DNA of 58,539 nt from a virus (lineage: Duplodnaviria; Caudoviricetes), in IMG/VR virus record IMGVR_UViG_3300031857_000203, positions 1 through 58,539 of that record. One strand, given 5' to 3'. Both the position numbers and the translations under genes were made by a program. Under the pieces are notes generated by a model. It was not told where the DNA came from and made no database searches. It worked only from the letters and a program-made list of their open reading frames with translations. Positions 48,168 to 56,040 of this stretch are shown piece by piece (the stretch's first letter is position 1; each line of letters opens with the position of its first letter).

Positions 48168-48225
48168 AGAATTCAGGCAAGTCTCCCGCCTGGATTACCG
48201 CAGTTGCCAATTAAGCGGTATGTTC

Positions 48226-48257
48226 CCCCCACCCTTTAACCGGGGTGGGGGTTTTTT
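48226..48257 (+). terminator. Rho-independent terminator at the convergence point
   Basis: CCCCCACCC..GGGGTGGGGG followed by T6. Confidence 0.85.
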
Positions 48258-48474
48258 ATGGTCGCTGATTCGCCAGTGCTTTGGCGACTTCCTTATTCAT
48301 GTGAGACACGATCTCTACGCAACGAGCATGTTCCTCTTTTGCGTGTTCGATCTTGCAGACTGCCTCGATCTTGCGGGCGAAATCTAGGATGTCTACTTCT
48401 CCTACAGGACCCTTGGGGTTCAAAGAGTCTGTGTAGAAGTAGATTTGCTTGATCAGGTCGTCACTCAATGTCAT
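48256..48474 (-). CDS. Hypothetical protein
   Basis: MTLSDDLIKQIYFY..; overlaps neighbour. Confidence 0.65.
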   Translation of the reverse strand: MTLSDDLIKQIYFYTDSLNPKGPVGEVDILDFARKIEAVCKIEHAKEEHARCVEIVSHMNKEVAKALANQRP

Positions 48475-48676
48475 TGCGAATCTTCCAGAGTTCCCAGTTG
48501 AGGATGGTGTTTTTAACCATTGCCCGTTGAGAAATCGACCTGTAATGGTTGTTCTCGCTAGTGATGAACTCGTTGATGGACTCCTCTCGGGCCAACATGA
48601 ACTCATGCCTATGAGCTTGTTCGGCTGACTCAAATAGCTTGCCGTCTGCAGTCAGGTATGCGGATATTGCTTTCAC
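48461..48676 (-). CDS. Hypothetical protein
   Basis: AYLTADGKLFES motif; GTGA overlap. Confidence 0.7.
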   Translation of the reverse strand: MKAISAYLTADGKLFESAEQAHRHEFMLAREESINEFITSENNHYRSISQRAMVKNTILNWELWKIRNDIE

Positions 48677-49428
48677 TTGTAGTCACTCCTTAGTTGCCAG
48701 AATTCCAAGAGCTTGCAGAACATTGCAAAGCCCCTCGTCAAATCTTCCTGCGTCCAATGACGCATCGTTACCAAGCCTGGGACGGACCTAGACACAAAGA
48801 TGTTTGCACATCTTGCTTCAGGCATGCCAAGACCTACCCTGTATGCCGCCAGTTGCATCAGATGGTCATCGTAAGCATCCACCTTCGCAGGATCAGTGAA
48901 GTCTTTGGTCTTCACATCAACCACGATGTTGTCGGCATGAAGGTCAACTTTCCCGCCGTACCCAAGTTCGTGGGCAAAGGATCTCTCGGCAACCCACTCC
49001 TGGGGGCCGTAGAAGCCCTCTAGAGCCTCTTTACAGGCGATGACATGGGGTTCATGCCTGCCATATCCCTGACCCTCGTAGAAGCCCTGTATCGAGGCGT
49101 GGATGTCAGTGCCTGCATCTGCTGCAGCTTTGCCTTGGGCTTTGGAGTCCTCGAGGATTCGCTCGATGTAGTCGTCTTCTGACTCGTTGTCGATCTTCGG
49201 AAGCGTCAGCGCAGCAAGGAGAACCTGAGTCTGCAACCACTTCGTCAGAGCAGGCTTTGCGGCCACGTTCAGGATCGTAGTGACACTTGGGACGAGGTTG
49301 AACTCCCTAGCGTCTCTGAGCGTGGTGTTGCGGATCTTCCCGTTCTTCCCAAGGATTGTGTAGGTGGGTTCTCCGTTTCTGGAGTACCAGTGTCCTGCGT
49401 CTGATGGTCGTTCTTTAGCTGTCAGCAT
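48673..49428 (-). CDS. PD-(D/E)xK exonuclease (phage recombination nuclease)
   Basis: PSVTTIL, GTDIH, ERSF..GYGGKVDL..VDVKT, QLAAY. Confidence 0.85.
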   Translation of the reverse strand: MLTAKERPSDAGHWYSRNGEPTYTILGKNGKIRNTTLRDAREFNLVPSVTTILNVAAKPALTKWLQTQVLLAALTLPKIDNESEDDYIERILEDSKAQGKAAADAGTDIHASIQGFYEGQGYGRHEPHVIACKEALEGFYGPQEWVAERSFAHELGYGGKVDLHADNIVVDVKTKDFTDPAKVDAYDDHLMQLAAYRVGLGMPEARCANIFVSRSVPGLVTMRHWTQEDLTRGFAMFCKLLEFWQLRSDYK

Positions 49429-49621
49429 TCTTGATCTCCATGAAGTCTCCATTAGGGCAAGGCCCGTGACCTGTCCACGGTCCTATCCACGTTTGCCATC
49501 CCGGATGCGCAGGATTTATGTGCACGTTTCGTCCACATCTTTTGCACTGGTCGAGCAAAGGATTGCTCTCGCAGCGCGCAAAGTCTTGCGGCTTGTACTT
49601 GTAGATGTTGCTGCTGATCAT
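49415..49621 (-). CDS. Small Cys-rich hypothetical protein
   Basis: DFARC..CKRC..CP; overlap chain. Confidence 0.55.
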   Translation of the reverse strand: MISSNIYKYKPQDFARCESNPLLDQCKRCGRNVHINPAHPGWQTWIGPWTGHGPCPNGDFMEIKNADS

Positions 49622-49848
49622 GGTTGCCCTCTGATCGCCTCGTTAATCTCTCTGGCGTTGTTGTCACTGATGCACAAGCCAGTCACGATGCGGCAAGCAC
49701 GTTCGCGCTCGGCAGCGGCGACAAGGGCGGCGAAGCGTTCATCACTGACCGCGTGGAAGTCGGGGTGATATTCGCCCACGCATTGCAGATGGTCTTCTGC
49801 CCACTGATCGCACAATTCGCGTAGTCGGATGATGTCGTCGCGAGTCAT
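49618..49848 (-). CDS. Hypothetical protein (MTRDDIIR..AAERERAC type)
   Basis: ATGA overlap chain. Confidence 0.65.
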   Translation of the reverse strand: MTRDDIIRLRELCDQWAEDHLQCVGEYHPDFHAVSDERFAALVAAAERERACRIVTGLCISDNNAREINEAIRGQP

Positions 49849-50156
49849 GCGTTGCGCTCCTTCAGCGCGGCCTTGTCGCACCACGCCACCGGCTGCTCCG
49901 GCTGCTCCAGCGCGGCGCTGCGTGCTTCCTCATACTCCTGCCGCTGTTTGTCGCGCTCCGGCGTTTCCGTAACCAACTTGCGCTGTAAAACCCAGTTGGC
50001 CCTGCGCTCCTCAATCCACACCCGGTCTTTGTCGTACTGCTCCAGCGCGGCCTTGAGGGCGGCGATGGCTTTGCCGTGGACCGTAATCGCGGGTGTGCCA
50101 GCGTAGGCCAATTCCAACGCCTCCAGCGCCTGCTGGGCGGCTTCGCGTAGGCTCAT
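49845..50156 (-). CDS. Hypothetical protein (MSLREAAQQALEAL type)
   Basis: GGAGG RBS; overlap chain. Confidence 0.65.
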   Translation of the reverse strand: MSLREAAQQALEALELAYAGTPAITVHGKAIAALKAALEQYDKDRVWIEERRANWVLQRKLVTETPERDKQRQEYEEARSAALEQPEQPVAWCDKAALKERNA

Positions 50157-50356
50157 ACATCCTCCTTTAGCCCTCTCCAGGGCAGGTCTTGGAACCTTGA
50201 TGGGACTTTGCTGAGAAGTGCCCCGCCGATGGTGAGTGAACCAAAGCACCATTCAGCACCACTCCAGTAGGAGTAGCCAAAGTTTCCACAGTGGTCACGT
50301 TCGTAGACACCGATCCGCACGGGGTTCTCTCCCCCATCAAACCATGGGGTTTTCAA
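50153..50356 (-). CDS. Hypothetical protein
   Basis: TPWF..PVRIGVYER..YW.G..WRGL. Confidence 0.65.
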   Translation of the reverse strand: MKTPWFDGGENPVRIGVYERDHCGNFGYSYWSGAEWCFGSLTIGGALLSKVPSRFQDLPWRGLKEDV

Positions 50357-50523
50357 ACGAAGTACCCCACAAGAGCAGCAATCGCGCCGACCACGGCGAA
50401 GATCACCAAAAATCCGATGGCAAACTTGGCGGTCTCCTCCAACATCATTTCCAGGCTGTAGAAGTCTGGCTCTTCTTGCCCAATTTCTGTTGCCGCTTCC
50501 GCCGCTTCTGGATGGTCGTTCAT
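50353..50523 (-). CDS. 56-aa membrane protein, absent from ORF track
   Basis: C-terminal FAIGFLVIFAVVGAIAALVGYFV; 4-nt overlaps on both sides. Confidence 0.65.
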   Translation of the reverse strand: MNDHPEAAEAATEIGQEEPDFYSLEMMLEETAKFAIGFLVIFAVVGAIAALVGYFV

Positions 50524-50714
50524 GCTCCCTCCCCCGCCAGAGTGGCCTTCAGACGTTCAATTCTGGTCTGGTGGTACGTCACCATTGCCTCTGCGTATTC
50601 GCGTGCGCTATGAGCCTCTAGAAGCGCTCGGCGGGCATGGTCATATTCCTGAGCGGCCAGCACTTCCGCAGAGGGCGGCTGGAACAACACCTTGATCTTC
50701 TCCCAGGCGTTCAT
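50520..50714 (-). CDS. Hypothetical protein
   Basis: GGAGG RBS; overlap chain. Confidence 0.65.
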   Translation of the reverse strand: MNAWEKIKVLFQPPSAEVLAAQEYDHARRALLEAHSAREYAEAMVTYHQTRIERLKATLAGEGA

Positions 50715-51022
50715 TTGTCCTCCTTCACAAATACGCCGTTGGGCATCATGGTGCCCTTGCGGTCTTTGATCTCGTTGTAGGCCGATTCAAGGCAGTCAAC
50801 AAGATTCAGGTCTTGCAGAGCGCAGTAGTTAATGAGGCAAACCATTACGTCACCAACACCATCTGCAATCTTTTCCAGATCCTTCTTGAGGGTTGCGTCC
50901 GCAAGTTCCCCGAGTTCGGATACGGCCTTGAGGAGTTGTGCCTCCGGGGTGCTGTTAGGGATGATGCCTCTTTGCTCGGCCCATCGAACAATCTCAAGCT
51001 CAAGATAGTTAAAACTGCTCAT
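50711..51022 (-). CDS. MazG-like nucleotide pyrophosphohydrolase
   Basis: QLLKAVSELGELA..DGVGDVMV..AYNEIKDRKG..GVFVKE. Confidence 0.85.
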   Translation of the reverse strand: MSSFNYLELEIVRWAEQRGIIPNSTPEAQLLKAVSELGELADATLKKDLEKIADGVGDVMVCLINYCALQDLNLVDCLESAYNEIKDRKGTMMPNGVFVKEDK

Positions 51023-51654
51023 GCGGTTCTCCTGTTTATCGTTTGTTCGTAAAAGTCAATCTGCGATGCGCGTTGTAGTTTTCCGTCCCGCAGCCTATGT
51101 CGTATGCCGCTAATGCCGACATTAAGAATAGCTGTGGCCTGTGTGGCGGTGACTATTCCATCATCGGTATACACATACACAGTTGTTCTTTTGTTGTTTT
51201 GTTGAGTTTTCTGATCGGCCCATCTGCAATTGGCTTTTGAGTAGCCAATGTTGTTGTTGATTCGATCAAGAGAGCATCCATCGGGACGTTCTCCCATGTC
51301 GCGCAAAAAGATTTCAAAGTCATGCCATTCCTGGCATACGCCTATGTTTCTTTCGGGGTAAGACTCATGCCCACCCTTGCCCAAAGACCGTTGCAGCATG
51401 CTGTGCCAGCTACGATATGTGGGCGTTCCTGCGTAGCCGTGCTTGGTTATCTTTTCAACTCTTTTGGCAACAGCGTTGCACCCGCAAGAGGTGCTTGCGC
51501 CGCTAGACAAGCTGCGGAACAAGACTTCTTTTGTTACTCCACAATCGCAGGCGCAGTTCCAGTAAAAGACGCCATATTTTTGTTTCTTGGCAAGCGAAAT
51601 TACTGTCCATTTACCAAAGCGAAGGCCTGAACGGTCAATGAGTTTAGCTGGCAT
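51019..51654 (-). CDS. Free-standing HNH-type homing endonuclease
   Basis: GLRFGKWTV..WNCACDCG..SCGC; DMGERPDGCSLDRINNNIGYSKANCRWA. Confidence 0.8.
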   Translation of the reverse strand: MPAKLIDRSGLRFGKWTVISLAKKQKYGVFYWNCACDCGVTKEVLFRSLSSGASTSCGCNAVAKRVEKITKHGYAGTPTYRSWHSMLQRSLGKGGHESYPERNIGVCQEWHDFEIFLRDMGERPDGCSLDRINNNIGYSKANCRWADQKTQQNNKRTTVYVYTDDGIVTATQATAILNVGISGIRHRLRDGKLQRASQIDFYEQTINRRTA

Positions 51655-51685
51655 GAGTTATTACCTCAATCAAAGCTGTAGTAAC

Positions 51686-52336
51686 TCAGAAAGGGATTTC
51701 CGATTCCATGTCAGCCAAGAACTCAGCGTTCTGCTGTTTCTGGTATTGCTCTGCAGCAGACCCCTTAGCCTTCCACTCAGGACTGGCTTCGATCTTGGCT
51801 TTCAAGTTGTTGGAGAAGGTGTCAAACAAAGCCATGTCAGGGTTGTCAAGGTCAAAGGTAGTCAGAGGGTTGACGCCTTCAGGAAGACCTGCCTTACGCA
51901 GCGCGGAGGGCACAGGGTTAACGTTGGAGACATTGGCGTAGACCTTTCCATCGTTGCCCTCGGCGTGGATGACAGTCAACATGCACCACGCTCCCAGAAC
52001 GTTCTTCAACTGAAAGCCCCGCAGTTCGTCTGCGGTGAAGTCACGGCCACGCCAAGCCTTCAGATCCGCCCTCAGACGAGACATCTCACCCAAGCTCATC
52101 GTGTAGTTCTTAGAGATGCTCATCGGCTCGTTGCGGTCGGTGACCAGAGCCTTGCCTTGTTCGTCTTCCCCGTGAACTTCCCACAAGATCATGATCTTGT
52201 AAGACTTCTTTTGCTGGCCTTGCCACTCGGTGGATTGAGTTCCCAAGTCAATGATGCGGTAGCACCGGGCAAGGTGCATGCCCGCAGGTACGGGTGTGAA
52301 CTTAGATTCGCTCGAGGCTTTTGCTGTGAGTCCCAT
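51686..52336 (-). CDS. Single-stranded DNA-binding/annealing protein (putative)
   Basis: PAGMHLARCYRIIDLGTQ; acidic C-terminal tail ending EIPF. Confidence 0.65.
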   Translation of the reverse strand: MGLTAKASSESKFTPVPAGMHLARCYRIIDLGTQSTEWQGQQKKSYKIMILWEVHGEDEQGKALVTDRNEPMSISKNYTMSLGEMSRLRADLKAWRGRDFTADELRGFQLKNVLGAWCMLTVIHAEGNDGKVYANVSNVNPVPSALRKAGLPEGVNPLTTFDLDNPDMALFDTFSNNLKAKIEASPEWKAKGSAAEQYQKQQNAEFLADMESEIPF

Positions 52337-52345
52337 GATGTTTCC

Positions 52346-52480
52346 TTAAAGTCCAAGTTGTCTACGGATCAGCTTCCAGTCTTGCGCTGTAGCTTCACCA
52401 GCTTCTGCCCGATCAAGTGCTTCGGACAGTCTCTTCAGGAGGTCTTGAATCATTTCGCTGATTTCATCGTCTAACGTCAT
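52346..52480 (-). CDS. 44-aa hypothetical protein, absent from ORF track
   Basis: GGAG RBS; first gene after the leftward promoter. Confidence 0.55.
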   Translation of the reverse strand: MTLDDEISEMIQDLLKRLSEALDRAEAGEATAQDWKLIRRQLGL

Positions 52481-52505
52481 TGCTTCGCTCCATCAAAGTG
52501 ACGAG

Positions 52506-52534
52506 ATCATAGTGCGTTTAACGAAACAATACAA
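52506..52534 (-). promoter_or_regulatory. Leftward sigma70-like promoter
   Basis: TTGTAT-N17-TATGAT on the minus strand. Confidence 0.65.
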
Positions 52535-52539
52535 TACCC

Positions 52540-52568
52540 TTTACAACACTCAGACACTTGTGTAAGAT
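52540..52568 (+). promoter_or_regulatory. Rightward sigma70-like promoter
   Basis: TTTACA-N17-TAAGAT. Confidence 0.65.
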
Positions 52569-52590
52569 CACATCAAACTTTGGAGGATCT

Positions 52591-52797
52591 ATGCACCTGC
52601 GCGAATGGTTGAAGTCTCAAGGCCGAGGGTCTCAGCAGAAGCTGGCCCAGAAGATCGGCGTGAGTGAGACTTGGATGTCTTTGCTGGTGAACAACAGAGT
52701 GCCTTGTTCCCCGGCTCTGGCTACTGCGATCCATCAAGTCACTGAAGGTGCGGTGGACCGGATGGAGTTGCGTCCTGACATCTTTGGTGCCCCATGA
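52591..52797 (+). CDS. Cro/YdaS-like HTH regulator
   Basis: QQKLAQKIGVSETWMS..VTEGAV..ELRPDIF; GGAGG RBS. Confidence 0.85.
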   Translation: MHLREWLKSQGRGSQQKLAQKIGVSETWMSLLVNNRVPCSPALATAIHQVTEGAVDRMELRPDIFGAP

Positions 52798-53141
52798 ACT
52801 GGTACAAGTTTGATTTCAAGGCATACCAGTTGGAGACCTACGGTCTGCCCGATGCCGAAGACCTTGCCTACCGCAGGCTGATGGACCGGTACTACGAGCG
52901 AGAAGGGCCGATCCCCAACAACACAGATGATCTTTGCAGCTCAATCGGGCTTGATTGGGACTGCATCATCCCTGTCCTGATCAAGTTCTTCTTGCTGAAC
53001 GAGCACGATCAGTGGGTCCATGTTGAGTGGCAGTTCGACATTGAGAAGCGACACGAACGGTTGCTCAAGGCGGCAGCCGCAGGCAAGATGGGCGGCAGGG
53101 GCAACAAAAAAGGCTTGCGCCAGCCAGCAGAAGTCAGTTAA
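52794..53141 (+). CDS. Short DUF1376/YdaU-family protein
   Basis: MNWYKF..EDLAYRRLMDRYYEREGPIP. Confidence 0.75.
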   Translation: MNWYKFDFKAYQLETYGLPDAEDLAYRRLMDRYYEREGPIPNNTDDLCSSIGLDWDCIIPVLIKFFLLNEHDQWVHVEWQFDIEKRHERLLKAAAAGKMGGRGNKKGLRQPAEVS

Positions 53142-53149
53142 AGTGTTGC

Positions 53150-53242
53150 GAAACCCGGCTAGGTCTGGCTGATCCCCTGACCGAAAAGCGTCACACCTCC
53201 GCCTGCCGTTGGTTTCCTTCAGAGGTGTCGTTAGAGGTGTTC
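53150..53242 (+). ncRNA. Putative cis-regulatory structured RNA (three-way junction, anti-SD loop)
   Basis: GAAACC/GGTTTC, CGGC/GCCG, GGTC/GACC and GCG/CGC stems; loop ACACCTC complementary to two GAGGTGT copies. Confidence 0.6.
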
Positions 53243-54013
53243 ATGCATTACTACCAGTTCCATGTCGGGGACTACCTGTCCTCAACCAGCCATCTTTCCA
53301 ACGAGGAAGACTTGGCATATCGACGTCTGCTCGATATGTACTACACCTCTGAGAAGCCAATACCGCTCGATACCCAATGGGTTTCCAGACGGTTGCGAGT
53401 GGCAACCGAGACGGTTGAATCCGTACTGCGAGACTTCTTCGTTCGCACGGAAGAGGGCTACTCAAAGGACCGCTGCCAGCAAGAGATCGAGAGATTTCGT
53501 CAGTTAGCTGAAAGAAACAAGCGAAACGGCAGTCTGGGAGGCAGGCCAAAGAACCCAATGGGTTCCCAATCGGATACCAGTGGCATCCCAGAAGAACCCA
53601 GTCGTAACCCTAACCATGAACCAATAACCAAGAACCAAGAACCAATAGATATAGAACCTAAAGGTTCTTTGTCGGGAAGTGCCTTCCCTCCCTGCCCGCA
53701 AAGAGAGATTCTTTGGCTTTGGAAGGAGAAGCTCCCTCATCTTGCCCAGCCCAGAATCTGGGAGGGCTCCAGGGCTGCTGCCTTGAGGCAGCGCTGGGTG
53801 CAGGCTTCTAAGCCTTCCGCCTTCAACAAAGATGGCTATGCCACGCAAGACGCTGGCTTGGAGTGGTGGGGTTCGTTCTTTGACTACATCGCCAAAGACA
53901 CGAAGTTGTCGAACGGCTTTGAGAGTCAAGGCCGTGTCTGGAAGCCAGACTTGGAGTGGGTGGTGAACGCCACGAATTTTCAAAAGATCATTGATGGGAA
54001 GTACGACCAATGA
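53243..54013 (+). CDS. DUF1376/YdaU-family replication initiator (putative)
   Basis: MHYYQFHVGDY..EEDLAYRRLLDMYY; GGRPK; C-terminal WKPDLEWVV..FQKIIDGKY. Confidence 0.8.
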   Translation: MHYYQFHVGDYLSSTSHLSNEEDLAYRRLLDMYYTSEKPIPLDTQWVSRRLRVATETVESVLRDFFVRTEEGYSKDRCQQEIERFRQLAERNKRNGSLGGRPKNPMGSQSDTSGIPEEPSRNPNHEPITKNQEPIDIEPKGSLSGSAFPPCPQREILWLWKEKLPHLAQPRIWEGSRAAALRQRWVQASKPSAFNKDGYATQDAGLEWWGSFFDYIAKDTKLSNGFESQGRVWKPDLEWVVNATNFQKIIDGKYDQ

Positions 54014-54294
54014 GCTACGTCAAGCGTGAAACTGAAGGCACCTATACCGCCTACACCTGCAAGTTCTGCAACAACCCTGCCACGGCTGAAGCTCTCTCTA
54101 CCTTGGGTGCGAGATGCTCAAGGTGCTACGAGGTCTACTGCAAAGACATCTGGCCCGCGATGAAGTTTCCTGCAGGGCTTATTCCGCAGACTCACCTTGC
54201 CTGGGCGCACAAGCTGAAGCACCGCCACGATTGCGGTGAGAAGCTGACCGGCATCCAGATCGAGAAGTTTAAGATCGCGTTGAGGTTGGAATGA
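54010..54294 (+). CDS. Hypothetical Zn-binding protein
   Basis: CKFC..CSRC; ATGA overlap. Confidence 0.7.
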   Translation: MSYVKRETEGTYTAYTCKFCNNPATAEALSTLGARCSRCYEVYCKDIWPAMKFPAGLIPQTHLAWAHKLKHRHDCGEKLTGIQIEKFKIALRLE

Positions 54295-54533
54295 ACTGCA
54301 TGGGTGGCTGGTGCCTGAAGAGGCAGAACTGCGTGTACTACTGGCAGGAGAGCGAGATGACCATGGAGAGGCTTTGTGAGCCAGACAACACCGACGCCTA
54401 CCAACGAGTCACAGTTAACTTTCCAGCATCAGTGCCTCGTAAGGTGGCTTATTCAGTACCGATTAAGGGACAGGCAGGCATCTCACGATTGGCTGGAGCG
54501 ATTCAAGAAGCTGCATCCGACATCTACGCTTGA
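54291..54533 (+). CDS. Hypothetical Cys-rich protein
   Basis: CMGGWC..RQNC..RLCE; ATGA overlap. Confidence 0.5.
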   Translation: MNCMGGWCLKRQNCVYYWQESEMTMERLCEPDNTDAYQRVTVNFPASVPRKVAYSVPIKGQAGISRLAGAIQEAASDIYA

Positions 54534-54597
54534 GCGTGACACGAAGAAGCAGTGGTCATTAGGCAACAAAGGAAGAAAAGGAGAGTGGTATGAGTGA
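54376..54597 (+). CDS. Hypothetical protein
   Basis: HQCLVRWLI..QWSLGNKG..GEW; stop overlaps the next start. Confidence 0.55.
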   Translation: MSQTTPTPTNESQLTFQHQCLVRWLIQYRLRDRQASHDWLERFKKLHPTSTLERDTKKQWSLGNKGRKGEWYE

Positions 54598-55432
54598 TCC
54601 ATTCAAGATTGATGGTCCCACTTGCATTTCATTTTCTGGAGGCAGGACCAGCGCCTACATGCTGTGGCGTGTGCTTCAGAGTAACGATGGTTTGCCGGAA
54701 GAGGCTAAGGTCTGTTTTGCGAATACGGGGAAAGAAGATGAGGCAACGCTGAGGTTTGTAGACCGTTGCAGCAAAGAGTGGGGCGTTCCGATTACCTGGG
54801 TGGAGTACGTTGATGCGGAAGAAACCAAAGATCGCTTCCGTGTTGTCACGTTTGAAACCGCCAGCAGGGATGGTGAACCCTTTGAAGCAATCATCCGCAA
54901 GCGCAACTACCTACCTAACCCTGTCAGCCGCTTCTGCACGGTGGAGATGAAGGTCCGCGCAATCCACCGTTATCTGAAAAGCATCGGTTGGACTGAGTGG
55001 GATTTAATGCTTGGCATCCGGGCAGACGAACAGCGCCGACTGGCGAAGATTGGCAATCAAGATTACGGCAAGCATGAAGAGAAAGTTGCGCCTCTTGGTA
55101 AGGTTGGCATAACCAAAGAAATGGTTGGCGAGTTTTGGGCAGCGCAGTCTTTTGATCTTGAACTACCAAACATTAGCGGTGTCACTTATCACGGCAACTG
55201 TGATCTCTGTTACTTAAAAGGTGCAGCGCAGATACAAAGCCTGATAGCGGAGAAGCCTGAGCGTGCGGTGTGGTGGATCAAGATGGAGGCCCTGGCCCTG
55301 GCCTCTGCGCCTTCTGGCGCTAAGTTTTGGACTGACCGCCCTTCTTACGCAGCGATGCTGAAGTTCGCCCAAGAGCAGAGAGATATGTTTGATCAGGACG
55401 AAGAAGCCATTGCGTGCTTCTGTGGAGAGTAA
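54590..55432 (+). CDS. PAPS-reductase-family (PP-loop) protein
   Basis: ISFSGGRTSAYM, FANTGKE, RFCT..MK, GIRADE..R, NCDLCY. Confidence 0.88.
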   Translation: MSDPFKIDGPTCISFSGGRTSAYMLWRVLQSNDGLPEEAKVCFANTGKEDEATLRFVDRCSKEWGVPITWVEYVDAEETKDRFRVVTFETASRDGEPFEAIIRKRNYLPNPVSRFCTVEMKVRAIHRYLKSIGWTEWDLMLGIRADEQRRLAKIGNQDYGKHEEKVAPLGKVGITKEMVGEFWAAQSFDLELPNISGVTYHGNCDLCYLKGAAQIQSLIAEKPERAVWWIKMEALALASAPSGAKFWTDRPSYAAMLKFAQEQRDMFDQDEEAIACFCGE

Positions 55433-55891
55433 ATGAGACTCTTCATCGGGCTAGACCCCGGAGCAGTCTCTGGTGCATGGGGAGTAGTGAACCATCACGG
55501 TGACTACGTTGCCTGCGGGCCAATACCTAACGAGGGTGGCCGAATCAAGGCAATCCAGTTGCGTGACCAGCTTGGACAAGTAATCGGAAGCAATGACGCG
55601 ATATTCGTGGTCGAGGACGTTCATTCCATGCCGAAGCAGGGGGTAGCCTCAACCTTCACCTTTGCGCGTGCTGTAGGGGCCATAGAAGCCGTTACAGAGC
55701 TATTCCGAGACCCGTGGTACATCGTCCGACCGCAAAGGTGGAAGGCAGACATGGGCGTGACAGCAGAAAAATCCACCAGTTTGGAACTTGCGAGGCAACT
55801 ATGGACGACAGCACCCCTCACCCGCAAAAAAGACCACGGCGTAGCAGAAGCACTGCTGCTGGCGGAGTGGCTCCGCAGACAAGAGTTGTGA
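55433..55891 (+). CDS. RuvC-like Holliday junction resolvase
   Basis: IGLDPG, VEDVHSMPKQGVASTFTF, PQRWK, KDHGVAEALL. Confidence 0.85.
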   Translation: MRLFIGLDPGAVSGAWGVVNHHGDYVACGPIPNEGGRIKAIQLRDQLGQVIGSNDAIFVVEDVHSMPKQGVASTFTFARAVGAIEAVTELFRDPWYIVRPQRWKADMGVTAEKSTSLELARQLWTTAPLTRKKDHGVAEALLLAEWLRRQEL

Positions 55892-56040
55892 GAGAACCGA
55901 CTTTGCTGGATGTTTTTGCGGCTTTCATCCAACACGCGGTGATCGTTAGCGGCCAGCAGCATGTAACGGCGCAGGATGTCTACGACGCTGCTGAAGGGAT
56001 GTTGAGGGAATCGGAGCGCAGACATGCCAACAGGAACTGA
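55888..56040 (+). CDS. Small hypothetical protein
   Basis: GTGA overlap; LLDVFAAF..YDAAEGMLRE. Confidence 0.6.
   Translation: MREPTLLDVFAAFIQHAVIVSGQQHVTAQDVYDAAEGMLRESERRHANRN

Noticed and set aside
48673-49428. Cas4 or CRISPR-associated nuclease
   Set aside because: Lacks the Cas4 Fe-S cysteine pattern and any CRISPR context; fits a phage recombination exonuclease.
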